Part shown: piece after piece, positions 42,590-55,423 of the stretch | Position numbering within the stretch: position 1 is the stretch's first letter | How the letters are laid out: each line of letters begins with the position of its first letter | Assembly: GCA_964016885.1 (NCBI GenBank) | Contig: OZ024743.1 | Span: 252,154,001-252,218,000 of the forward strand | DNA from: Eledone cirrhosa | Lineage: Eukaryota | Reading direction: 5' to 3' | Length of the DNA: 64,000 nucleotides | The notes under the pieces: generated by a model | What the model was told of the DNA's origin: nothing | What the model saw: the letters and a program-made list of their open reading frames with translations, nothing else | The model's database searches: none | Position numbers and translations under genes: made by a program

Positions 42590-43135
42590 CAGTCAGTCTG
42601 TCTGATTAATTTCCTTAAATTAACGTTCTAGGTCTACATAGTGCTGTTAAAACTGAGACACTCATCCTCTTAAGGAATCCTGCACATTGCACTCTACATG
42701 TAAATGGAGTTCTGCTGAAGTGGGTGGAGAAGTTCAAGTATCTCGGGGCCATATTCATGAGTGGTGGAAGGTAGGAGCCTGAATAAAATGCAAGAATTGC
42801 AGGAGCTGGTGTAATAATGAAGCAGCTTCATCATTTGGTAATCAGAAGATGGGAGGTATCTTCAATTTGGTATTCGCGCCAACCATCACTTATGTTCATG
42901 AATCTTGGTTAATGACTGAAAGAATACAATTGCAAAGACAAGTGGCCAAAAGAGTGTTCTTCTGAAGGGTTCTTTGAGTAACGTTACTTGATAGAGAGTG
43001 TAGCCTAAAGACTAGACAGTTGCTCCAGGTAGAGCCGCTACTTCTCCAAAATTGAGAGATCACAAGATCTGGTACAATAGGCATGTGGTTAGTATGTCGC
43101 TGGAAGGAGTGTTTGAGGACATTTCCCCCATGATC
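42590..43135 (+). mobile_element. Decayed RT C-terminal fragment of another RTE family (Expander/Rex3-like)
   Basis: Translates to VEKFKYLG.IF.S.G...EI..RIAGA, T..Y.HESW.MTER, W..HV..M remnants. Confidence 0.65.
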
Positions 43136-43575
43136 CGCTCAAGAATAAAAAGAAGAATATATATATATGTATATGTATATCAACATATATATATATATAT
43201 ATATATTTACTATAGTTACCTTTACCGAATCGGTTTTGAATCTCAAAAATAAACGGAGACCATACGGCCTTCGTTGCAAAGAAAGATTCTCGTCAGCAGG
43301 TTCTTTTCATTCGAAGAATATAAAATTCTTGAATTTAAATTACGAACTAGCGCTATCCAAAACTGTTCCCGAGATGAGAGTAAATGAAGTGGAATCAATT
43401 TTTTCAAGGGCCGAAAGTAAAGATAGAGGCAGAGGGAGGTAGGTCAATCGGCCACCACTATCACTAGCAGCAGTCAGAACGACCAAATTTGTTCTCAACA
43501 TAGAGGGGAATAGTAATAATAGGATATGTGTTCCTACACGCACAAAGCGCTAAGGGACACATGTATTGTCCAACC

Positions 43576-43739
43576 ATATGCCATCTCAGCAACTATTTCC
43601 GAAGGCCCAGCTGCCTTACCCGTCTTCATATCTTTGATTGCCTTACTTATTATACTACCTTCGACTAACACTGCTAGTCCCTCTATTGGGTCGATGTGGG
43701 GAGACTGTCTTTCTCCAATTTATTCTCCTCATTTAGTAG

Positions 43740-43742
<3 letters not shown>
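43576..43742 (-). mobile_element. Internal fragment of the young RTE family
   Basis: Near-identical to 58086-58250 in reverse complement. Confidence 0.85.
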
Positions 43743-43833
<91 letters not shown>

Positions 43834-44012
43834 GTGAATACATACACACACACATATATATATATATAAGGAACAGACCAAGGAGGACACAGAGAGAGAG
43901 AGATAAACAAAAATGTAAACTCATTTATATATATGTAAACTAAGTTATATAAAACTTCATTTTATTATACACTGTTTTTCTTATTTTCATAATGTATATA
44001 TATTATATATAT

Positions 44013-44413
44013 AAACGGAAAAAATGAAACGAAATTTCATTTCCCACTCTTAGTACGGCTGTTACTTAAATATAAATATGTATACGTACATACATATATG
44101 TATACAGACGTACAGTAGTATGTATATATATATATACATACATGCACACATATATATATGTATGTATGGATTCACCGATAGCTAATAAGCTTGAAACTAG
44201 TACAGCGTTCCTTTGTCAGTGTTGAACAAACGAGCAACGATGGTTGCTAGACACTACGGCTTAATACGGGATGTTTGTTTACAAACACACCGAGCATTAT
44301 AATAAATGTTCGGTGAATCCATACGTACATATATATATATGTGTGCATGTATGTATATATATATACATACTACTGTACGTCTGTATACATATATGTATGT
44401 ACGTATACATACT

Positions 44414-44416
<3 letters not shown>
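44013..44416. mobile_element. Family D fold-back copy; junction inside the hammerhead core
   Basis: 44013-44178 is inverted relative to the D sequence resuming at GAtagctaataagcttGAAActagTA; (TA)n flanks. Confidence 0.75.
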
Positions 44417-44476
<60 letters not shown>

Positions 44477-44507
44477 CATATGTATATATATAATACTATA
44501 TACACAG

Positions 44508-44570
<63 letters not shown>

Positions 44571-44574
<4 letters not shown>

Positions 44575-44930
44575 CAAAAGGGATATTCAATTTGTTGGTA
44601 ATTCAACAAATATAAATGTTTATAACCGCTTCAAAGCACTCGACAGATTTCTGGAGTATAATATTCAATGATATTAAATAAATGGAAACTATGTTTATAA
44701 AACCATATTTATTCTATTATATATTGGTCAGTCAATGGCAACATTGAGGACCGAATAAATTAGATTACCGATATAAAAGACACAAGCGAAAAGCGACAAC
44801 CAACCAAACAGTGAGTGTGTTCTGTTATTAATTCTGGCAATATTACACAAATATGACCCTCCCCAAGTATAACAATATTTGTTTCGACACACGATTTCAT
44901 ATCAAAAACCTCGCAAAACTAATTCATCAC
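44571..44930. mobile_element. Head-to-head PLE 3' ends: family G (-) and family B (+)
   Basis: 44671-44721 matches 63896-63945; 44724-44922 matches 23623-23828. Confidence 0.75.
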
Positions 44931-45084
44931 TGTTATATATATATATATATATATATATACATACATATGTATATATATATGAATACATATATATATATAT
45001 ATATATATATGAATACATACATCATCATCATCATCATTTTACGTCCGCTTTTCCCTGCTTGCAAGGGTGGGACATATATATATA

Positions 45085-45502
45085 TCATCATCATCATCTT
45101 CATCATCATCTAACATCCGCTTTTCTCTGCTTGCAAGGGTTGGACGGGTCTTATTCAGCACAGCATCTCTCCACTTGTCACGGTCCTTCGTCATCTCATC
45201 CGTGAGTTTCAGCAATCTGAGGTCTGCTCTCACTACCTCCGCTCATATTTTACATGGTCTACCACTACTGCATCTTCCTTCTACTGGGATTTCTTGGCAC
45301 TTCTTTTCTTTACCCAGTGGTCATCACATGTTCATACCATCTCAGCCTTCTCTCCTGCACACCACAACTTATCCCTCTTATACCCAGTTTCTTTCTCAAC
45401 TCCTCCATGCTTGGTCCTTCATGCACATTGACATTGCACATCCAACGAAGCATACTTGCTTCATTTCTCTCAGCCATCGCATATCCTCTGCAATTGCCAC
45501 CC
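45085..45502 (-). mobile_element. RTE 3' fragment (plus a separate tail-only copy at 45021-45073)
   Basis: ERNEASMLRWMCNV..ERRLRWYEHV and (GAT)n tail. Confidence 0.85.
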
Positions 45503-45518
45503 ATATATATATATATGA

Positions 45519-45575
<57 letters not shown>

Positions 45576-45594
45576 TAAATATATATATATATAT

Positions 45595-47627
45595 GTGGTG
45601 GGAGTAGAGAAGGATACACAGCCGCTAAGAGAGAAGCTAGACGTCAGGTGTACTTAGCATGCAGGGAGGCTGAGAGTAGGAGGTTAGCCAATGTTCTGCG
45701 ATGGGAAGATCAGGGATGTGCGGTGTTCTGCATTGCAAGGCAGTGTGTCAGTGCAAATCGGAATGTTGTTGGAGATAAGTGTGTCTGGAATGATGCCGGT
45801 GTACTTAGTGTCACGAATGATAAAAAAAAAAGGAGGCCTGGAAATGTCATTATGAGTGACTGATGAATGTGGAGAATGAATAGGAGAGAGAGAAATTACG
45901 CACAATAGACCCAACAGAGCAACCAGCTATTGAGATTGATGAATATAGGGTACAAGAAAGAGGCAATTAAGGAAATGAAGAATGGTAAAGCTGCTGGACC
46001 ATTTGGGGATAGTTGCTGAGATGCTGAAAGCATCAGAAGTAGGCACTAAACTGGTTGCACGCATCATCAATCAGGCTATATATGGTGGTGTCATACCCAA
46101 AGACTAGTGCAGCAGTATTCTCATAAATTGCTACAAAGGTAAAGGGGATGCTCTGGAGAGTAGCAGTTATAGAGACATAAAGCTGATGGATCAGGTTATG
46201 AAAGTGGCAGAGAGAATATTAGCACAACTGATTAGAGAAAGGGTCAAATTAGATGAGATGCAGTTTGGTTTTGTGCCTTGGAAAAGTACAACAGATTCCC
46301 TCTTCTTAGTGAGGCAACTACAAGAGAGTTTCTTAGAGAAGAATAAGCCACTATACTTAGCTTTTGTTGACCTAGAGAAGGCCTTTGATAGGGTACTCCG
46401 ATCTGTCATCTGGTGGTCCCTAAGGAAACTAAGTGTAGAGGAATGACTTGTGAGGACAGTGCAGGCTATTTACAAGTGTGCTGTCTATAAAGTGAGAATA
46501 GGAATGAAGTTTAGTGAGGAATTCCAGATACGAGTAGGTGTACATCAGGGTTCGGTCCTCAGCCCGCTCTTGTTCTTTATAGTCCTCCAAGCCATAACAC
46601 AGGAATTTAAGACTGGCTGCCAATGGGAACTTCTCTATACTGATGATCTGGTTTTTATAGCAGAATCAGTAGAGGAGCTAGAGAAGAAATTCTGGCTATG
46701 GAGACAGCAGTTTGAATCAAGAGGACTGAGAATGATCATAGCTAAGACAAAAGTGTTGATAAGTAGAAAAGAGGACAATACACTGATTCCATGTTTGATA
46801 TGTAGGGAAGGAACTGGCATAAATTCCATTAAATGTCCACAATGCAGATCTTGGGTACACAAGATATGTAGTGGGATAGCAGGCAAACTAACAGGTAGGG
46901 AAAACTATGTATGCAGTAGATGTACAGGGAAAGTTGGCAGTAGTAATTGTGCAGTGATAGACACATTTTACCAATGCAGGTGGGTTCTATAGAAGTGGTT
47001 GATAGCTTCCAGTACCTAGGTGATCAGAGTAGCAGGGGAAGGGGGTCTTCCGAGGCCATAGTATCTAGAATAAGGACGGGTTGGAAGAAGTTTAGGGAGC
47101 TGCTCCCTCTGGTAACAAAGAAGTGTTTCTCCCTGCATACGAAAGGACGGTTATATGATGCCTGTGTGAGATACGCGATGCTGCATGGTAGTGAGACATG
47201 GGCAGCAACTGCAGAGGATATGCGATGGCTGGAGTTCTCTCCAGCCATAACATATCCTCTGTTGGATGCTCCGTTGGATGTGCAATGTCAATGTGCATGA
47301 ACGACCAAGCATAGACGAATTGAGAAAGAAACTGGGTATAAGTTGTGGTGTACAGGAGAGAAGACTGAGATGGTATGGACATGTGATGCGCACGGAGGAT
47401 GGCCGCTGGGAAAAGAAGTGACAAGAAATCTCAGTAGAAGGAAGACACTGTAGAGGTAGACCATGAAAAACATGGACGGAGGTGGTGAGAGCAGACCTCA
47501 GATCGCTGAAACTCATGGAGGAGATGACGAAGGAACGTGACAAGTGGAGAGGTGCTGTGCTGAATAGGACCCATCCAACCCTTGCAAGCAGGGAAACGTG
47601 GATGTAAAATGATGATGATGATGATGA

Positions 47628-47631
<4 letters not shown>
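45595..47631 (+). mobile_element. 5'-truncated decayed RTE
   Basis: AFVDLEKAFDRV, GVHQGSVLSP, LLYTDDL, PHD-like Cys cluster, (GAT)n tail; (TA)n at both ends. Confidence 0.9.
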
Positions 47632-47674
<43 letters not shown>

Positions 47675-48180
47675 CATATATATGTATGGATTGTCATCCT
47701 CATTTAATATCAGTTTTCCTCGCTAGTATATATGAAATTTTATGTGTGAAGAGTTGAAAAATGAGGGAGAAGAGGTACTGTGTAAAGATTTCTAATTACT
47801 TTTCTCCGATTCTGCATATGTTAATCTTGTCTGTTTTTGATTTACAACTTACCCTGTGTGGTTGGCAGGTTGGAGATGGTGTCGGCTGTGGGAAAGTTTA
47901 TGTGGATAGAGATAGTAAATGACCAGCCCTGTTGTGGAGGAATGGAGTGAACAGTTATGTCTGTAGAGGGATGTTATACTACTGTCTAAATGACTTAACA
48001 ATCTTGTTACCATATTTCTAATGAAAATCTCTGCCTTTTACTTTCAAATAACTTTGAAAATAATCAAGAATTTGCAGGGTTTTAGTAATATAGCTCTTTA
48101 TTTTATCATTATCTACTTGACTCTAGATTCGCAGGTTCCTCGGACACGTCTATTGATTTCAGAGCATATCCTCTTTAGAC

Positions 48181-48268
48181 GTGTCTGAGGAGCCTGTGAG
48201 TCTAGAGTCAGGTAGATCCACACACGGGTCGCACCTCAAGCTGTTCATTGGGGAAACAATTGTAACAC
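48181..48268 (+). ncRNA. Type I hammerhead candidate with branched domain II, overlapping a 42-bp hairpin
   Basis: GUGU-CUGAGGA-gccugug..cacgggu..ccucaa/uugggg-GAAA-CAAUUG-UA-ACAC; element runs on to (TA)n at ~48392. Confidence 0.7.
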
Positions 48269-48391
48269 AATAAATTGAGTTTTGATGCATCACTAATTTT
48301 TCGTTTTCCATTCTATAATACTCTGCTCCGTAGTAGCATAGAGTGCTCAACTGGCATACTGTCAATGGAAGCATCTTAGCTACCATTAGAC

Positions 48392-48423
<32 letters not shown>

Positions 48424-48667
48424 CCATCTGTAACTTTTAAAAATTTACACACAGAAATAAACACATGCAAACACAATGCATTTCTTATATTATTATATTG
48501 CTACAAAAAGAAGTTCACTTTCCAATCATTCCAGTCACAAATTTCTTAGTTATAACCCTATATTTGTGCCTGTAAATACCAATATTTTCAAAGTTATTCA
48601 TAAATATATCCCTATATTTCTTTTGTACATTTGTACATAGATATTGAATATATATGTAATTATATCG

Positions 48668-49437
48668 GCATCATCATTGTTTAAAGTCCATTTTTCCACA
48701 CTAGTATGGGTTAGAAGAGTTGTCCCATTGTGAGACAAGTCAGATCAGAAGACCATGTCATGCTCTCACAGAACTGTTTCTGGTTTGGTTTCCACGGCTG
48801 GATGGAACTCCCACTGCTCCTCAATATTGAATGCAGCCATTTCTTTTTCCTTGCTGTCAAAAGCATCATGCAAAACACACCTAAACTTGTTGCCAGCCAC
48901 AGGCTGCCTCATGTTGTTCTCTCTCTCAGAGTATGTCTAGCCCTATCTTTAAAGTCATTAACTATTAAGTTATGTTGTGGGGACATTGCGTTTTCAACAA
49001 TCACTCTATCTCATCTGTGAGGATAAAGTTAATTTGGCTGGTGTGCTCATCTGATTTATAAGTGATTAAATGGTTGACTGGTTTTCTGAAATTTGTATTA
49101 CACATAGTTAAATGATTGGCATCACAAAATTCCAGGAACCTTGATACTTCTTCATTTCTTGTGCCAAAGGCAAAGCCTTCAGGGACCATCGCAGTTTTTC
49201 CCATCATACCCATTAAAGGCACCTGCTAAGATTATTAGTTCATTATCATTCGTTTGGGAAGTAGTCTGCATTAGGGATTCGTAAAAATTGTCTTTTAGTT
49301 CATCTGGTAGCACTGATTGTGGTGCTTATGCAAATATAATAGTTACAGTTGTTCTATCTAGGACTAACCTGAGTTAAATGATTTTGTTGTTCACTCTCTT
49401 TACTGCAATTACACTATCTGCCCATTTTCTGCTAACA
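48668..49437 (-). mobile_element. RTE remnant: APE fragment joined to 3' tail
   Basis: FGTRNEEVSRFLEFCDANHL..LITYKS.EHTSQINFIL plus RTE terminus at the left end. Confidence 0.8.
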
Positions 49438-50246
49438 GATTATTAAAATACCATTTTTATCTTTAATCAGTTCCACATGTCAGTAATCAACATAAGCTAT
49501 ATATGTTTTCTTTTATGCAAATGCAAATTTCTTTATATGGTTTTCATATTAGGAGTGGAGCCCCTATCACTAAAACATCAGAGAAACTGCCTGTGAGATA
49601 CATCAGAGAAGGTGAACTAAACCTACATAAATGTGAACTCTAACAACAATATACATATCTATGTGCATGTGATAGGACTTGGGGTCCCTATCATTAAGAA
49701 ACCCAAGAATGCTACTATGAAATACAAACTTGGGGAAGGCCAGCAAAACCTAGATAGGTGTGATGTGTAAATTATATTTTGTTTTTGATTTCTTGTTTTC
49801 CACTGCAAGGTTTCTAATTGATAAACTTGGTTATATCTACATTAACTTCACCAAAAATCGACTAATGTATGCTGTGTTCCGGCATAAATATTTATTATTT
49901 ATTTTGTAATGTATGTTTTCCGAGATGTACTTAATTCTTTTAGAAGAAAAGAAATTCTTGACATATTTCTTAAGCCATGAATAATGAAGATGATAATTGC
50001 AATAATGAGGAGAATCAAATGCTGGTGATGGTGGCAGTGGTTCTGATGGTTGTTGTTGTTGTAGTGGTGGAGATGGTGCTGCTGACACAAACTCAGAAAG
50101 ATGATATTGAAAAAGAAGATAATGATGATGATAAAGTCAATACAAATTAACCAACATTATCTGATAAAATAACGAACTTTTCAAATATTTCAGATACAGA
50201 CATATTTCTTGTATGGGAAAGGGGAAAAATTGTGTGTATGTTTATT

Positions 50247-50281
<35 letters not shown>

Positions 50282-50529
50282 ATGTGTGTGTGTGTGTGTG
50301 TGCATGCGTGTGTGTGTATATTTATATATATGTGTGTGTGTATGTGTGTGTGCGTGTGTGTAACTAATAGTTGTGCCTATTACAACAGGAAGAGAGCAAT
50401 AACACCAACAAGAATAAATTATTTGTTTTTCCTGATAATGAAAGTTATAGGCATGAATATTTATGATAAACTACACATTTGAATTTAAGCCAGCATAGTA
50501 AAAAAAAATAATAGCAACAACAACAACAA

Positions 50530-52900
50530 TAATAATAATTTCTTTATTGGCTGCTAGACAATATAATAAACATGGACATTGGGGATTTATATGTAGTCTT
50601 GTAAACGGAAAAAAGTCTCTCCCAATTTGGTCCTGGTTTACAGCATTTAGGCATCATGGTTTTACCAACACAGTGATACAGCACTATTTTTCTGCCAGTT
50701 GTTACCAACTCACTTGATGGAAGGCTTCTAGCTTCCACCATTAACCAATTTTGCAAACTGTCCCAGGTATAAATCCTTGATGAGTTGTTAAGCAGGGAAC
50801 CCTGTTTCTAATAGAATCCCAGGCCACATGCATTTACAGTGCTTATCCTGAGTGAGGTCATGTTCAATGAATAGAAGGAAAAGTAGGAAAGACAATTTAC
50901 ATTATTTTTTGAGGAAGGAAGGCTGATCCATCCCTCTAGTCAGTTGTTGGTTCCTCTACAAGAATGTCTGTATACATTCTTTTCAAGAGGGCTCCTCAGT
51001 GGTCCAAAAAACCTCAGAGAATTTTGTCTTTAAATTTGTATGTATTTTCTGCTATATTTCATTGATTTTTATGTGTATAGGTGGCATTATTTTTTGGGGG
51101 TGTTATGTAATTTGTTTCTATAATACTGTGTTGTATGTAATTGAGTAGTTTTCTGTTGTTGTGTTTATTGCTATATAGTGTGTGAGGATTGTATACTTTG
51201 TGGGGATTTGCCTTTGTTGTTGCTGCGGATGTGGGTTTTGTTGTTGTTTGGGATGTTGTTGATGTCTATGGTGTCTGTAATTGTGATAATAATGGTGGCT
51301 TTGAGGTTGATTTTGTTGGTGGTAACGGTGATGGGGAAGCTTTAGTTTTTATTTTCCTTCTTTGCCCTCTTTTCTGAGGGCAGGGTTGGGGTTTTTCCTT
51401 CTTTTTTTTTTGTTTATGGAACAAATGGCTTGGCAACCCTCTCCCTCATCACAATTAATTCCCAACTGTATGATGGCAGGAGAGGCATGTCTTCCACAGT
51501 GAGGGTGTTGTTGTTAGTGGTGCTAGTGTTTCCTGTGGAATCCCTTCAGTTGATGGTCCTCCCCGTGTTGCTGTTGTTGTGTTTGCTGTGGCTGTTAATG
51601 ATTGAGTTGTTTTCAGTATGGGACTTAGAATAGGAAGGAGAAGGGCTCTTGTCATCTTCCTGATTTGTTGTGTCATACATATGGGACTTTGACTTCCTAC
51701 CCTCGACATTCATAGGAAGGCTGGTGCATTCCACAAGATATATTAGGTTTGGTATGGCATTTTCACTCAGTCCATTTGGAGCAGCAGTACCCCTTTCCAG
51801 ACCAGTTCTCATGTTTAATTTTTTTAACTTTTAGTATCTTTGTATTTTCTTTGAAGTACACAACGACAGCTGCCACTAGTCAAGGAATGGCTATTGTGGG
51901 CTGCATCTGGGTTATTCTGAATGTTACCAACTTTTGGCCACAATACGATGGCACAAGATTTAGTTCCTTGCTTTTCAGTATTTTAAGGTATGTTTGCAGG
52001 CTTCCTCTGTCAAAAAGATTTTGCCTCGAGCTATGTGGGTCTTGTGCTCCCACACACAACCCAAGACATTTTGAACTTGAGACATGATAATGCACTCCAC
52101 TTGGCACTTCTTTACTCCAATCGTATGGTAAGTGACCATATGATGGAGTACGCGCTCCATCACCTCAGGTGCAAGGTTGACTCTGTGGCCCCTCCTTTTT
52201 AACAATATATTTGCCTCCCTTGCTTCCTCTTCAGTCAACGATATCTCTCTGTTGTTCTGAAAAGGAAGCAGCCATCTGAAAGAAATGTTTCTGCATGTTG
52301 TTGGCTATAGATTTGGTTTATTTAGTACTGAATGCCTTATCTTCATTTTCATTGTTTTAGTTTTTGTTCTTATTGTTACTCTTGTTTCTGCTGTTATTAA
52401 TGTTGTTCATGCTATTTTTGTTGCCATATGTGTTGTCTTTTTTCTGTGTTGCTGCTATTTTTATTTGTTTGTTTCTGTGTCATTCTTTGTAGTTGTAATG
52501 GTGATGGTTGGGATTGTGCTCATGGTGTTGTTGTGTTTTGATGTGTTGATTTTATTACTTTAATTTTTTTCTGTTGGTGGCAATAGTGTTAAAGTTTTCA
52601 GTTTTGGTATTCCATTTCGTATTTTTTGTACTATATTGTTGTTGTCGTTGGCAACAGTGGCTGTTTGTGATGTCTGTAGTGGTGTTAGTTAAAGTGGAGT
52701 TGGTGAGGCTGACATTGCTATTATTTTAACTGTTCCACTGAGTTAACATGGGAGGGTGTTTGCTTCCATTTGTAAAATATTTAAAATCTTTGGTGTATAT
52801 AAAATTCAAATATTTGAGTCCAAGATCCAAATATTATGGGGTCTCACTTCTTGAAGGCTAAAGCTGATGCTTTATGTCTCTTTTGTAACACAAATTATAA
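50530..52900 (-). mobile_element. Old ORF1-bearing L1/Tx1 relative with no recognisable RT (HAL1-like)
   Basis: LKSKELNLVPSYCGQKLVTFRITQMQP and NVEGRK align with MVSKEFTFFPTYMGKRTQKIRIKNIPP and SVEGCK of the 5' element; same AATAAAGAAAT terminus. 5' boundary uncertain. Confidence 0.65.
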
Positions 52901-53533
52901 CAAAACAAGCGTTTTAAACAAATAGAAATATCTAGCATATGACAGCAAATAAATATGTCTGAACAAGCCAAATTGTCAAAATAATAATGTTTTCTGATTG
53001 AGGCACAAGGCCAACAATTTTAGGGGAGGGTAAAGTCGATTAAATTGACCAAAGTGCGTTGCTGGTACTTTATCTTCTTGAACCCGGAATGATAAATGGT
53101 AAAGTTAACCTCTGCAGCATTTAAATGTAAACAGTTGTAACTAAGTGCCACAAAATATTTTGACTAATGTTCTAATGATTCCACACATCCTCCACTCTAA
53201 CAATAATAATAACGTTTCTACTTTTGGCAAAAGGTCAGCAATTACCCCAGTGCATTACTGGTACTTTATTTTATTGACCTCATAAGGATAAAAGGCAATG
53301 TTAACCTTGGAGGATTTGAACTCAGAACGTAAAGGGCCATAACTATAACAATAATATAAATAATAACAAAGAATGTGGCTATAGGGTGTGAAGAGAAGGA
53401 GAAGAAGAAGAGGGAAAAGGACAAGGAGAAAGTGTTGTAGAAATAGTAGGAGGAGAGGAGAAGATGTAAATGAATAAATAAATGTATTTTTGAAATTTTG
53501 CAAAAACTTATCAAATATATATGCTTGTATTTA

Positions 53534-55253
53534 TTTAGGGCGGCTAAAATTCCCGAGATCCATGGACGAGTTCTCTCCAGCGGTCTCTGTCCCTCATTAT
53601 CGCTGCCATGTCCTGCGTCTCCAACAGACCAGTGTCTGTCCTTAGGGCATCAGCATACGTTAACCTTGGTCTTCTTCTTCCAGTGTGTCCATGCAGGGGC
53701 TCCCACAGGAGCACTGAGTGCAATGTCAACTCTGGATGTCGGTGAGCATGTCCAGCTAACCTCAGTCTCCTCTGTGTCACTTTTGAGCTGACTTTTGGGA
53801 GGCTCCCATTCATCCTCAGTGTATACTGATTAATGTTCAGAGCCATCCTCAGCATTCTCGTGTAGCACCCATCCACCATCTGAGTGAGTTTCTTGGTCAG
53901 TGTCCAAGTCTCAGACCCGTACAGCAGCACAGACTCCACTACAGCAATGAAGAGGTGGATTTTCAGGTCTTTACAAAGGTCTGACTTCCACACCGATCTC
54001 AAGCTGTGGCACGCTGCCCAGACTTTGCTCTTCCTCTCAACCACATCATCTTCCGTATTCCCAATCTTTGCTCCCAAATACAGGAAGCCCTCAATCAATT
54101 CTAACGGCTTCCCACCTACATTAGTGATCCCCTCTGGCTTCTCAACATTCTCTACCAGATATTTTGTTTTAGTCTCATTCATTCTCAGCCCCACACTCAT
54201 CGACACAGTCTCAACCTCCTGCATCAAATCCTCTGCCTCCTTCACTCTATTTGTCACCAGAACTATGTCGTCGGCAAATTCAGCATCAGATACCTTTTTC
54301 ACCTTAACTCTCCTGCTCTGAGCCGGTGCTACAGTAAAGCCAGAGTCCTGGTGTTTCTCCAGTTCAAGGCGCATACAATAGTCCACTACAATGATAAAAA
54401 GGTAGGGAGCCAATGTATCTCCCTGGAACACTCCAGCCAGTACCTCAAAGAACTCTGTCATCCCATCAGGTGTTATGACTTGGGCTTTGGTGTTGGTGTA
54501 GAGCAGTGATATCAGGTCCAATATCTTCTTGGGGATTCCATAAACCTGTAAGATCTTCATCAGGCAGTGACGGTCCACAGAATCAAATGCCTTCCTAAAG
54601 TCAATGGAAACCATGACCGCAGGAAGGCACTTTGCTCTAGCTCCCTCTAATATCCTCCTCATCATCAGGATGTGACTGGTGGTTGATGAGGGAAGAACTC
54701 TGTACTGCTTACACTGACGCCAGAGAGGAGGAACTGATAGAGAAGATCAGAAGTGTGGAGAGAGCGGTTGACAGGTCTGGATGTAAGGAGAGCTGGATGA
54801 TCAGCAATGAGATCACAGGGAGGAAGAGAAGGTGTTAGAGTAAGATCCAGGGAACAGGGCCCGAGGATAGGAAGAGGAAATGGCTAGACCATTTTAGGAC
54901 CCTACTAGGAGAGCCACCCTCCACAGCCCAGAGCACTGGGGAGATCAGGTGGCTGTTTGAAGAACTGGATATTAAGACAGAGCCCTTCACCATAGAGGAG
55001 CTTCAGAGAGCCAAGAAGAGGATCAAGGAGGGCAAGGCTCATGGAGAAGATGGAGTAGCATCAGAGGTGATGAAGAGGTGTGATTTTGATGATATCATCC
55101 TGGGTTTCTGTAACCAGGCACTGGAGAAAGGAGTTGCTTCGATCAGTGGAGGATCAGTAACATCATCCCAGTGCCAAAGAAGGAGATCTCTCTAACACCA
55201 ACAACTACAGGGGCATCTCACTGACGTCACTTGTGGCAAAGGCCCTCAACAGG
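53534..55253 (-). mobile_element. RTE/RTEX-like LINE with inverted 5' segment and 13-bp TSD
   Basis: RT C-half on - (53544-54686; IDFRKAFDSV, QGDTLAP, EFADDI) and upstream part on + (54685-55256; NYRGISLTSLVAKALNRM); atgcttgtattta at 53521-53533 and 55254-55266. Confidence 0.9.
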
Positions 55254-55423
55254 ATGCTTGTATTTAGACTGAAAAGAAGGGCTAAATTATTTAAAAGCAG
55301 ATAATTCAATATCTATCTTCCATTTAGATCCTCTCATGCTAATATCTGTGTGTGTATATATATATATATATATATACGATATATTAACAAAATATATATA
55401 TATTAATATATATATATATATAT

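Noticed and set aside
43262-43300. CTGACGA on - strand followed by GAAG
   Set aside because: No stem II and GAAG instead of GAAA.
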